Sequence record: LC727698.1
DNA length: 64,000 bases
Reading direction: 5' to 3' (one strand)
The notes below the pieces were generated by a model, which worked only from the letters and a program-made list of their open reading frames with translations, made no database searches and was not told the origin of the DNA. Position numbers and translations under genes: made by a program. Positions 1-8,764 of the stretch are shown piece after piece. Position 1 is the stretch's first letter, and each line of letters starts with the position of its first letter.

Positions 1-5
1 GAAGT

Positions 6-374
6 GTGCTCGACCTAAAAGTTAACGGGGTAGTAGTAGGGCAAGCTTTCCCGCTCTACAGCACAAAAACCCAGCGTAGCTGGAACGCAAGCATGCACGC
101 TACCGTTAACGGTGTAGAGGTGCAGTTTGCACAGGAAGGCGTGTTCAGTGCAATCCGCATTGCACGGGCATTCGAGGATGCAGTAAAGTATGCCGTTAGC
201 AACGGCGAACAAGGACAGCCCCTCCCCGCCCCGGCAGCACAGTCCGATACCCCGGCAACGGCAGAAGCGCAAGCAGAAGCCCCGGCGGCGCAGTCCGACG
301 AGGCGCCGGAGACCCCGGCAGCTGAAGCTAAGCGCGTCCGCAAAGGCGGCAGCAAAGGCGGCAGCAAAAAGTAA
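6..374 (+). CDS. Hypothetical early protein, probably 5'-truncated by the window edge; paralog of 5919..6380
   Basis: Shares TKTQRxW...QxGVFSAIRIAR with 5919..6380; GC-rich codons; Ala/Pro/Glu linker and Lys-rich tail; terminator follows. Confidence 0.8.
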   Translation: MLDLKVNGVVVGQAFPLYSTKTQRSWNASMHATVNGVEVQFAQEGVFSAIRIARAFEDAVKYAVSNGEQGQPLPAPAAQSDTPATAEAQAEAPAAQSDEAPETPAAEAKRVRKGGSKGGSKK

Positions 375-474
375 GCGCTGCTAACACAGGAAAGGGGCAG
401 TTGCCCCTTTCCTTTTATGTCCTAGTTGTAAATGCAAATTACTCTTATTTGCATTTGCACAAGTCAATCTCCTG

Positions 475-502
475 TTGCATTACTGCGGTAAGATGTTAGT
501 AT
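475..502 (+). promoter_or_regulatory. Sigma70-type early promoter
   Basis: TTGCAT-N16-TAGTAT with extended TG, upstream of AGGAG RBS of 543..791. Confidence 0.6.
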
Positions 503-542
503 GTGTTTAGCAGTAACACATAACTAGCAGGAGCAATAGACA

Positions 543-791
543 ATGGCTAAAGTATTGCATGTTAACAGCATCGGCAACATCGCCGAAGTGTTTACATCTG
601 TAGACCTCGATAGCGCCTTGTTGCACGCAATCAAGCGCTGTGCAATGATGGGCAAGGTTAATGTTGTTGGTCCCAACGCTCCTGTGTTTGCTAGCCACTA
701 CGACGCACTGACAGCGTACGACGTGCAGTGGCGCCTAGTTCCTCCGGGCTGCGGCGTTACTTTGTACGTCATCGCCGAGGACAACAACTAA
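543..791 (+). CDS. Hypothetical protein
   Basis: ORF with GCAGGAG RBS directly behind a promoter. Confidence 0.75.
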   Translation: MAKVLHVNSIGNIAEVFTSVDLDSALLHAIKRCAMMGKVNVVGPNAPVFASHYDALTAYDVQWRLVPPGCGVTLYVIAEDNN

Positions 792-802
792 GGAGAGACA
801 TA

Positions 803-1105
803 ATGAATCTCGTTCATCTGTGGATCAACGGGCGTGCTGTGACTGCCCGCAAGGTTGTCAGTAAACACACTGTCCGCAATCCGAACAGTCCGATCGATAT
901 CGAGACTATCGACGTTGTTCGACTGCGTCTGCCCCGCGGTGTGCGTGCTAGCAGTTGGGCACTCCGTAAGGCAGTGTACCAACTCATGGAGCAAAGCTGT
1001 AGCTGCTCGAGAGACTGTTGTGGACACTGGTTTGGCGGCGCACGCAAGATCTACATTAACGGCAGAGACATCAGTGTCGTTGCCGGGTACCAGCGCAATT
1101 ACTAA
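803..1105 (+). CDS. Hypothetical protein with CxCxxDCCG motif
   Basis: AAGGAG RBS before ATG 803; SCSCSRDCCGHWF motif; terminator follows. Confidence 0.75.
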   Translation: MNLVHLWINGRAVTARKVVSKHTVRNPNSPIDIETIDVVRLRLPRGVRASSWALRKAVYQLMEQSCSCSRDCCGHWFGGARKIYINGRDISVVAGYQRNY

Positions 1106-1324
1106 AGGAAAGGGGGCAACTGCCCCTTTCCTTTTATCCATTAATGTGCAAACGCGAATTATTCTTATTTGCACAGGGCAGTGAGATGCGAATGCAAACA
1201 AGAGGCATTCTTGATACGGTCGGGTGATAATAATTGTTCACAAAAAGAAAAAGCTTGCGTTATGCTACACAGATGCTAATATGTGTATTGCAGTGCCTAT
1301 AAACATTAATAGCAGGATAAGAAA

Positions 1325-1645
1325 ATGGTTGACTTCAAAGGTTTTAACTGGGACGCACTAGTCCCGGAGGACAACGTTTCCACAGTTTCCATTAAAAATC
1401 ACTACGAGGAACTCCTACAAAGTTTTGTTGACAACGGCATAGACTATGTGTTAGTCCGGCTGTCCCAGGAACTGCCGCACTACGAGGATTCGGATTATCC
1501 CTGCTACAAATTGGTTGACAAGTATGCAGGATGGATAGTAGGCTGGGACTACTACGGATTTGTTGTGGAACGCATGGACACGCACCTTTTCTTTGACAAC
1601 GGCACTGCAAGGGGTGTAATGGACTTCTTGGAAGCCAACGGCTAG
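1325..1645 (+). CDS. Hypothetical acidic protein
   Basis: Promoter TTGCGT-N16-TAATAT (1255-1282), CAGGA RBS, terminator at 1651-1678. Confidence 0.75.
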   Translation: MVDFKGFNWDALVPEDNVSTVSIKNHYEELLQSFVDNGIDYVLVRLSQELPHYEDSDYPCYKLVDKYAGWIVGWDYYGFVVERMDTHLFFDNGTARGVMDFLEANG

Positions 1646-2088
1646 CACAAAAAGGAAGGGGCGCAAGCCCTTTTCTTTTGTCTGCAATTTCTGTGCAAAT
1701 AAGAACTATTACGGTTGTGGTAAAAGCACAATGCAAATAAGACGCATTCTTGATTAGGCCTGATAATAAGTTCTTATTAACAACAAAGAAACTGAATAAG
1801 AATAATTCTGAAAAAAAATAACCCTGCAGCGTAACACAAAGAGCTTGCAATTTGTAAGCCCTTTTTAATATGCATTTGTTAAGATTAGTTCTTATTTGCA
1901 ATGATAATATCCCCGCCACGCAAATAAGAACTAATCTTAGAACAAATATTCACTTGATTTTTCTCCCAATATAGTGTATGTGTATATTAGATAAGATTAA
2001 GTCTTGTTTGCTTGTTACATTTTATATGTTGCAATGCTAGGGCAATGACAATATTATATGTACAGCAACACAAAACAGGAGATATAAC

Positions 2089-2394
2089 ATGACAGCAGAA
2101 TTGAAGCGGTTGTTAGAGATTTTTCCAACCTTTAAATCATTCATTTATGCTAAAGGGGCATATGGCATTGATGTTTGGAAGGCTACAGGTAGTGTTACTT
2201 TGGAACAGGTAACCAATGCTGTTAATGCAGGTAATGCAGAATGGCAATGTAAAGGTGATCCAACATGCAGCCTGGAACAAAACAGCATGTATATTTTCAT
2301 TACTATTCAGGAACCAGACTACACAGGAATGGTTGATATTGATATTTGTGTAAAGATTACTAACGGTAATGAAGTAAGTTATCAAATAGCATAA
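2089..2394 (+). CDS. Hypothetical protein
   Basis: Promoter TTGCAA-N17-TATTAT (2029-2057), CAGGAG RBS, terminator at 2396-2426. Confidence 0.75.
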   Translation: MTAELKRLLEIFPTFKSFIYAKGAYGIDVWKATGSVTLEQVTNAVNAGNAEWQCKGDPTCSLEQNSMYIFITIQEPDYTGMVDIDICVKITNGNEVSYQIA

Positions 2395-2612
2395 TAAAGG
2401 AAAGGGGATTAATTCCCCTTTCCTTTTATGTATAATATACTTATAAATAAGAATTAATTTTATTTAATTAAAATTAGAATAATTCTTATTTGCACGATCC
2501 CGCGCTTATAACACAAGTATGTTACAAAAGCAAGAATAAAATTAACTTGACACCTATATGTAGAATATAGCACAATGTGTTTATAAATTATATTACTACA
2601 GGAGTGTTAACC

Positions 2613-2984
2613 ATGTTCAAATGCAAATTGTTTGTAATAGATCCTATTTATAACAACCTTTGCTACACTCAACAAATATGGCTCGATAGTGACATAAATG
2701 TGTGTAGCCAAATAAAGCGTATTATTTCTGACGCAGAATTGGCATGCGCAAACAGGATAGTAAATAATCCTCATAGTCCACTGTGCGTTAAATCGGCAGC
2801 ATTAAAAATGGTTATGGACGGGCGCATTGACATCGAACTCAAAGATGTCAATAGTTACGTTGATCAATATAAAGACATTCTTCCTAGCACAAATATTTTG
2901 GGTGTTTTTAAACCGACGTTTTTATCTAACTGGAAAGAAGAGTGTGAACTTTATTTCCTCACTTGTGTTGAAAAAGACAATTAA
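2613..2984 (+). CDS. Hypothetical protein
   Basis: CAGGAG RBS favours ATG 2613 over the tracked 2577. Confidence 0.7.
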   Translation: MFKCKLFVIDPIYNNLCYTQQIWLDSDINVCSQIKRIISDAELACANRIVNNPHSPLCVKSAALKMVMDGRIDIELKDVNSYVDQYKDILPSTNILGVFKPTFLSNWKEECELYFLTCVEKDN

Positions 2985-2995
2985 TATAATATAAT

Positions 2996-3283
2996 ATGGA
3001 ATATGATTTAAAAAATATTGTTTCGAAGACTATCTTATCTAATAAAATTAAGATAGTCTCTTTACGTACTGTAGTAAAAGCTCAATATAAAAGAGTAGAC
3101 TTCCATTATAAGATAGAATGTGAAAATAGTTCTGCAAAACGTAATTTAGCACTTGCCCGTATATGCAAGCCATTAGAACACACATTAGGTTCAAAACTTG
3201 TTTATGTAGATGTTGTGCCTATCAAGTTTAAGAAAGATGAAATGCCATCTACTATTCTATCGGTAAGTGTAATGACTAGTTGA
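2996..3283 (+). CDS. Hypothetical protein
   Basis: ORF co-oriented and adjacent to the previous gene. Confidence 0.6.
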   Translation: MEYDLKNIVSKTILSNKIKIVSLRTVVKAQYKRVDFHYKIECENSSAKRNLALARICKPLEHTLGSKLVYVDVVPIKFKKDEMPSTILSVSVMTS

Positions 3284-3434
3284 TATTTGGATTTGATATT
3301 TGGAAATATAATAGTAATTCTTATTTGCAATTATAATAAATTCTTATTTACTTTTAAAATAAAAGCAAATTCTAGTTGCATAGCTAGCGGCACTGTGCTA
3401 GTATATTAAAAAATAAAGACAGGAGTGTTATTAC

Positions 3435-3617
3435 ATGCAAACCAAAGCAACCGAGTTGGCAGTAGGCGATGTTGTTTTCTACAATGGCATGAAAATGACT
3501 ATCCAGAAAATTTCTAAAGGTCGGTGTGCAATAGATATTACACTAGTAAATACTTTGGCTAAACTCACATCTTATGTGACAGTCGACTATGACGAAGAAT
3601 TTGAAGAAGTATTATAA
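3435..3617 (+). CDS. Small hypothetical protein (beta-rich, SH3/KOW-like pattern)
   Basis: Promoter TTGCAT-N17-TAGTAT (3376-3404), CAGGAG RBS; ELAVGDVV pattern; terminator at 3635-3663. Confidence 0.7.
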   Translation: MQTKATELAVGDVVFYNGMKMTIQKISKGRCAIDITLVNTLAKLTSYVTVDYDEEFEEVL

Positions 3618-3660
3618 TGCAGAAATTATAGTCATAAGAAAAGGGGCAATGCCCCTTTTC

Positions 3661-3900
3661 TTATAGTCCCAACAAATGCTTGCCACTTTTGACTTGCATC
3701 ATACGCACTTTCTTTTTGCGCATTTGCGTTCTTACGTTCAGGCTGTTGGGACCTTTGAAGCTATACAGTATTTCAGTAGTCCCGTCTTCATAGTTGCGTA
3801 CCACATTTGCAACAATTTGACTGCCTTCCTGGAACGCTTCGATAAACACGCAGTAATTGAAATTTTCCTTGTTAGCGTTATGTGCGCGTAGTTGCATCAT
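3661..3900 (-). CDS. Hypothetical protein
   Basis: Minus-strand GCAGGAG RBS and TTGCAT-N16-TATACT promoter; converges on the bidirectional terminator at 3635-3663. Confidence 0.7.
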   Translation of the reverse strand: MMQLRAHNANKENFNYCVFIEAFQEGSQIVANVVRNYEDGTTEILYSFKGPNSLNVRTQMRKKKVRMMQVKSGKHLLGL

Positions 3901-4253
3901 TTTCTGTTACTCCTGCGTTGTTTTGCTTTGTTATGTGTAGTATACGCTATGTGTGTGCTAATGCAAGAATTTTCTTCCATTTTCTTTCAAATAAAATGTT
4001 ATTAGCATCTATTCTGTTATAACATTTTTTACGACTTCATGTTTTGCAAATAAGAATTAATCGCATTTGCATTCCTACCTATCTGCCTAAATTTTAGGCA
4101 GCCTGGGTGATTGTCTCCCCCGCCCTATTACTGGTCTCTGTATAAAGATAATAGCATATTTGTATCTGCATGCAAGCATTTTTTGTAGAATTTTCCTCTT
4201 GACATTCCTTGCTGTAGGCTACATTATGCACACACAGAGCAGGAGATACCATT

Positions 4254-4634
4254 ATGGCACTCATAGCATTAGTAGCAACCGCATATGACAAAGAAGGCGA
4301 TAAGTTCGACTATGTTCGATATCTTAAAGCTCATATCAATTTTGTGTCTGCTCAAGATCAACTGAAAGAATGGATCAAAAACAAAATTGATGCAAGTATA
4401 GCAGAAGTTAAAATCGGATTACGTGCAGAAATCGAAGTATTGGCCTATTTGGGAAACTATATAAGCCATAGTCAACGGATTATTAGTCCCGCCGGGATCA
4501 TCATGTACATTGTTCTTGATGAGAAGTATGTTAATGAACTTCACGGTCAAATTTCTAATGCAATTGATTGTGAAGAAAAGAAACATGTAATAAAGAAAGA
4601 AGAAAACGTCACTTATATTGATTTTAAAAAATAA
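4254..4634 (+). CDS. Hypothetical protein
   Basis: GCAGGAG RBS; 126-aa ORF. Confidence 0.75.
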   Translation: MALIALVATAYDKEGDKFDYVRYLKAHINFVSAQDQLKEWIKNKIDASIAEVKIGLRAEIEVLAYLGNYISHSQRIISPAGIIMYIVLDEKYVNELHGQISNAIDCEEKKHVIKKEENVTYIDFKK

Positions 4635-4669
4635 CTTGCATTAGCTGTAATGTATATGTATTATGTACT

Positions 4670-4827
4670 CAAGTTTGCAGCAAGACGTATTAATTTGTTT
4701 TGCTGTTAGTTGTAACTCCTGCTACCAAGTATGTGTTGAGCTAATGCTCCTGACTTGGTTCTTGGTACACTGGTTTGGGTGTACCGTTCTTGAGCTGCAA
4801 AGGGCTTGCCCGGAGCAGCTTTTTTTT
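4670..4827 (+). ncRNA. Candidate small RNA (~155 nt)
   Basis: Promoter TTGCAT-N17-TATTAT (4636-4664); hairpin GGTACAC/GTGTACC; GAGCTGC/GCAGCTT stem plus T-run; no RBS-led ORF inside. Confidence 0.4.
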
Positions 4828-4907
4828 GACCAATATTATTCATTTGACAAAAAATAATAATTAAAAATATAATAGCTTAGTGTATAACTTCCCGTATTAG
4901 GCTAATT

Positions 4908-5279
4908 ATGAAATTTGTTATTGCTTCTATTGCATTGTCTTTGTCTACACTAGTTTCTGCAGAATCTATTACTGAAGTTAAGATAACTAACGAAACATGC
5001 CTTACACTTCTGGAATTATCTAAGATTCATGTCGATATGGTAGTAAATGAACATATGAATGCAATACAAATTGCATCTCATATGGATATTGTATCTAATT
5101 TATATAAGAATAATAATAGTAAATGGCTTGCGTTCTTGCAGGCTCAAGCAAATATTTCAAAATTAATTGATAACGTATATGAGTTTTCATCTACTGAAGA
5201 AAGAAAGATTATCCCTCTAGCCATATTTAACGGTTGTATGGAAAGAGTTAGTAATACTTTTGAAATATATAAGAAATAA
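4908..5279 (+). CDS. Putative exported protein with signal peptide
   Basis: N-terminus MKFVIASIALSLSTLVSA-E; promoter TTGACA-N18-TATAAT (4844-4873). Confidence 0.7.
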   Translation: MKFVIASIALSLSTLVSAESITEVKITNETCLTLLELSKIHVDMVVNEHMNAIQIASHMDIVSNLYKNNNSKWLAFLQAQANISKLIDNVYEFSSTEERKIIPLAIFNGCMERVSNTFEIYKK

Positions 5280-5280
5280 T

Positions 5281-5586
5281 ATGTATGTATATGTAGTCCA
5301 CGGAATAGTCAATACAGGCGTTGAGACTAATATTTGTGATATAGAACGTTACGTTACAGTTAACGACTTCCATGCTGTAGCAAAGTTTCTTAATTTTAAA
5401 GAACATATAGCAGTAAACCCAAACTTATATATACGATTAATTACTACTGGATTTAATACTAAAAAGAACATATTAGAATTAAATTTATCCAAAAAAGAAT
5501 ATGTAGTATCAGGTTTTAAAGTTACATCAACTGATATAAATGAAGAATATTACCTGTGTAGAAGGATATTTAAGTTACATGATTGA
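5281..5586 (+). CDS. Hypothetical protein
   Basis: ATG immediately after the upstream stop, suggesting translational coupling. Confidence 0.55.
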   Translation: MYVYVVHGIVNTGVETNICDIERYVTVNDFHAVAKFLNFKEHIAVNPNLYIRLITTGFNTKKNILELNLSKKEYVVSGFKVTSTDINEEYYLCRRIFKLHD

Positions 5587-5918
5587 ATTTATATTAAAAT
5601 CCCTTTTATTAACTTCAGTTGTCAGTGTTGGCATACTACTGATATTCATTATTATTTCATTGTTAATGTTTGGCTTAGCACCTATAGTTCCGTTCCTTAT
5701 TTAATTTTAATTATTTGCAAGCAAATGCAAATGCGAATAATTCTTATTATCCAGCAGGCTACTGTACCTAATCTTCGTTAGATAAAATCTATTAGAATCT
5801 ACAAAGTCCATTAAAACGTTCAATTGTACATGGTGGCCAGATCTGCATATACTACACACATGAAGCAAGCAAACAGCGCTTCATAAACAAACCCAAATAC
5901 AGCTAGGAGTTCCAAATC

Positions 5919-6380
5919 ATGACCAAAGCAACCGTTACCGTCGAGCAATCCGCAATCAAACTGGTCCGCCGCAACCTGGAAGGGCACCGGCAGGCCCTGC
6001 TGCTGAACGGCGTCGAAGTAGGCAGCAGCGAAGCGTTCTACAAGACCAAAACCCAGCGCACCTGGTCGGCGAAGATCGACGCCAACATCAACGGCAAGGA
6101 CATCGTCCTCGAACAGAAAGGCGTGTTCAGCGCGATCCGGATCGCCCGGTCGATGGAACAAGCAATCCTGTTCATCCTGACCGACGGCAAAGAAGGCGCC
6201 GAGATGCCGGCCAGCACGCTGAGCAAGGAAGAGCAAGCCCACAACCTGGTCAAGGCAGTAGTCCAGGTCGCCGACCACGCTGTCCAGTCCGCTGACAAGG
6301 ACAGCAGCGACGACTGGTATGCCGCCCCGGCGAAGAAAGGCAGCTCGAAGAAGCGCAAAGAAGCCCAGCCGGAAGCATAA
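5919..6380 (+). CDS. Hypothetical early protein, paralog of 6..374
   Basis: AGGAG RBS; about 57% GC on a hand-counted line; GAAA-loop terminator at 6394-6419. Confidence 0.8.
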   Translation: MTKATVTVEQSAIKLVRRNLEGHRQALLLNGVEVGSSEAFYKTKTQRTWSAKIDANINGKDIVLEQKGVFSAIRIARSMEQAILFILTDGKEGAEMPASTLSKEEQAHNLVKAVVQVADHAVQSADKDSSDDWYAAPAKKGSSKKRKEAQPEA

Positions 6381-6536
6381 TCCGGACTACACCGAGAAAG
6401 CACCGAAAGGTGCTTTCTCTATGACTGTTAATAACAAATATTCTTATTTGCATCTATTCTGACATAATAATAACTCTTATTTACAAATCATACTGAATAG
6501 TGTATTTTACACACTAAACATTGTAGGTAATATAAA

Positions 6537-7025
6537 TTGAATATATTTGTGACTGACACAAATCCTTATGTATGTGCCAAACATCATTGTGATGTTCATC
6601 TAAGAAAGATGATAGTAGAAACAGCACAATTGTTAAGCACTACTCATTATATAATAAACGGATATACTCCTGCATATAAACCTACTCATAAAAATCATCC
6701 ATGTGCCGTTTGGATTAGAGAAAGTTCAAAAAACTATGAATGGACTTATGAACTTCTTACAAGTCTTATAAATGAATTCGAATATAGATTTGACAAACAA
6801 CATGCAACTAAAATGCATCTTTTGTCATTAAAAACTATACCAAAACTCCCTGATATAGAAAGAACAGAGTTTGTCTTAGTTATGCCAGACGAATTTAAAA
6901 CAGGTAATGTAACACATTCATATCAGTTATATTTAAATGACAAATTTAAAGAATGGGCATCGAGATCTAACAGACCCATTTATGCTACATATACAAAGAC
7001 ACCTAAACCATATTTTATTAGTTGA
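6537..7025 (+). CDS. denV: Pyrimidine-dimer DNA glycosylase / endonuclease V family protein
   Basis: MNIF..D.NP..CA.HHCD.H..KMIVETAQLLST.H and THKNHPCAVW motifs typical of this family. Confidence 0.7.
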   Translation: MNIFVTDTNPYVCAKHHCDVHLRKMIVETAQLLSTTHYIINGYTPAYKPTHKNHPCAVWIRESSKNYEWTYELLTSLINEFEYRFDKQHATKMHLLSLKTIPKLPDIERTEFVLVMPDEFKTGNVTHSYQLYLNDKFKEWASRSNRPIYATYTKTPKPYFIS

Positions 7026-7097
7026 AATATAATAAAAATGATTGACATGTACATAAGATCATATTATGCTGTATAAAACAGCAAGGAGTAGATATAC

Positions 7098-7331
7098 ATG
7101 TACCGCAAACTGAATACAAATCCACGCCCAATGCCAAAAACAAAGGCAATTCCAACTAAATTTGTCATTCAGTACACTGCACGGAATAAAGCAACAGAAA
7201 GTTTGTTCAAAAAAAGAACTATTACATTACATGCGTTTGGGCGTCTCGATGCACAAACACTCCTATCAAAACATATCCGAAAAAATAATTTGGAATTAGG
7301 TGTAATTATTGATTTCGGTGAAACAGTTTAG
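7098..7331 (+). CDS. Small basic hypothetical protein
   Basis: Promoter TTGACA-N17-TATGCT (7042-7070), AAGGGAG RBS, terminator at 7343-7369. Confidence 0.75.
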   Translation: MYRKLNTNPRPMPKTKAIPTKFVIQYTARNKATESLFKKRTITLHAFGRLDAQTLLSKHIRKNNLELGVIIDFGETV

Positions 7332-7566
7332 TTAGTGACATAGGGAAAGGGGCAGTTGCCCCCTTTCCCATTATTAAGTCAAATGCAAATGCAAATACAA
7401 ATTATTCTTATTTGCACAGATTATACCCGGTGCTGAGCAGTAATGAACTTTGAATATTGAAAAGTGCCTAAGAAGTAGTTCCGGTTGTATCTAAAACACT
7501 ATGTGTTATTATACATATAGTGTTTTTATTTCTTATAATTATATTCAATAATAATGGTAAAAATAT

Positions 7567-7890
7567 ATGATTGAAGTAATTAAATGCATTATATGTAATG
7601 AATCACCCCGTCCCGGTGCATTTGCAGCATTTATTACTCAAATGCGTCAAGTAGTAAAACCTCATGCAACTATAACTAGTTGGAATATTCTGCCCGGCAT
7701 TAATGATGATCCAACTAGTTATATTCATGCATTCAGTATAAAATCAAAAACAGCATACGATATTAATCAAGCGGTTACCTTATTACTAATGTCATTATAT
7801 AATGCTAGTGAATATAAGACTAGCTACATACCTACTTCGTTTAAAGACTATGAATCTACAATAAAGCATTTATCTAAGATCAAACAATAA
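7567..7890 (+). CDS. Hypothetical protein
   Basis: 107-aa ORF with CxxC near the N-terminus. Confidence 0.55.
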   Translation: MIEVIKCIICNESPRPGAFAAFITQMRQVVKPHATITSWNILPGINDDPTSYIHAFSIKSKTAYDINQAVTLLLMSLYNASEYKTSYIPTSFKDYESTIKHLSKIKQ

Positions 7891-7954
7891 CCAGTTGCAT
7901 ATTTACAAATATACATGTATGCTAATATGTATACACAATCATGAGTACATTATC

Positions 7955-8110
7955 ATGACAAAAGAAATTGCTTTTACTGAAGGATTAAAAGCAGGCACTC
8001 AAATAAAAGAAGGCAAAGCTATCCTAACTGACTTCTTTCGATATTTCAATTCCTTACCAACTAATATGAGAACTTCTTTTATTATCGGTATCAAAACCGG
8101 TAGAAACTAA
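7955..8110 (+). CDS. Small hypothetical protein
   Basis: Internal ATG of the tracked ORF 7895..8110. Confidence 0.4.
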   Translation: MTKEIAFTEGLKAGTQIKEGKAILTDFFRYFNSLPTNMRTSFIIGIKTGRN

Positions 8111-8149
8111 TAAGCATATTAATTTTCATATTTTGGTAGACAAAGGTAC

Positions 8150-8470
8150 TCACTGGATGCATACTGTACACATACAGAACATACGGAGTACAAAGGGATG
8201 GACGCGCGCAGCCTGCTTAGCCTTATCGAAGACCTCCCTATAGCTGTCTTCGGCAGCACAATGGATATTGTTCATCGAGTCAATTTTGAAGCTCTGGACA
8301 ATGCCGCCCGCACCGACGGGGTAAAAGTCCACGAAGACGGAACCAACCGTTATACAGACGCTTTTGTCGATTGTTGGCTCCGCAGCGTCGAAACAGTTTT
8401 GGCCTGTTGCGATTTTGTGACCGAGGATGCCGCTAAGTGGTATATCGAGCACGGTGTCAAGTTTTGACAT
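8150..8470 (-). CDS. Hypothetical protein (GC-rich island)
   Basis: GAGG RBS before ATG 8470 (MSKLDTV...). Confidence 0.5.
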   Translation of the reverse strand: MSKLDTVLDIPLSGILGHKIATGQNCFDAAEPTIDKSVCITVGSVFVDFYPVGAGGIVQSFKIDSMNNIHCAAEDSYREVFDKAKQAARVHPFVLRMFCMCTVCIQ

Positions 8471-8565
8471 CCTCTGCCTCGCCTGCAGATAAAAAGGTTG
8501 ACGTAGACTAGCAATGGACACATAATAATTACAACGCAACGCAACTAGCCCTGGAGGGCAAAACT

Positions 8566-8685
8566 ATGTGCAACATCCAATGCATGAACAGCAAAGCAGG
8601 CGAGTCCTACGCATGGATTTGGAGCGATAGTGATAACGATATCTGCTACGAAGTCATCTTCAGGCATGGCCAGGTCATTACCTAG
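8566..8685 (+). CDS. 39-aa hypothetical protein
   Basis: Promoter TTGACG-N17-CATAAT near 8498-8526, GGAGG RBS; hairpin at 8724-8748. Confidence 0.5.
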   Translation: MCNIQCMNSKAGESYAWIWSDSDNDICYEVIFRHGQVIT

Positions 8686-8764
8686 GTTTGGCTCGGATAT
8701 GATATTGTAGCCTAACACCAACTAAAGCCCCGTCCCAGGCGGGGCTTTACCGAAGGAAAAGATC

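Larger units (their letters stand above)
388..7369. repeat. Dispersed family of near-identical bidirectional terminator hairpins GGAAAGGGG-N4-8-CCCCTTTCC
   Basis: Copies at about 388-413, 1105-1133, 1651-1678, 2396-2426, 3635-3663 and 7343-7369, each just after a stop codon. Confidence 0.85.
431..7412. promoter_or_regulatory. Dispersed Fur-box-like 19-bp operators (conserved half-site ATTCTTATTTGCA)
   Basis: About 17 intergenic copies, e.g. 431-449, 1151-1169, 1878-1896, 2472-2490, 4049-4067, 5730-5748, 6430-6448, 7394-7412; motif is seen directly, the binding protein is inferred. Confidence 0.7.

Noticed and set aside
4663-4857. 64-aa ORF in the track
   Set aside because: Its ATG overlaps the -10 box, it has no RBS, and it runs through a terminator.
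8198-8467. Plus-strand 89-aa ORF
   Set aside because: It overlaps the minus-strand ORF that has an RBS; only one is likely real and the choice is uncertain.
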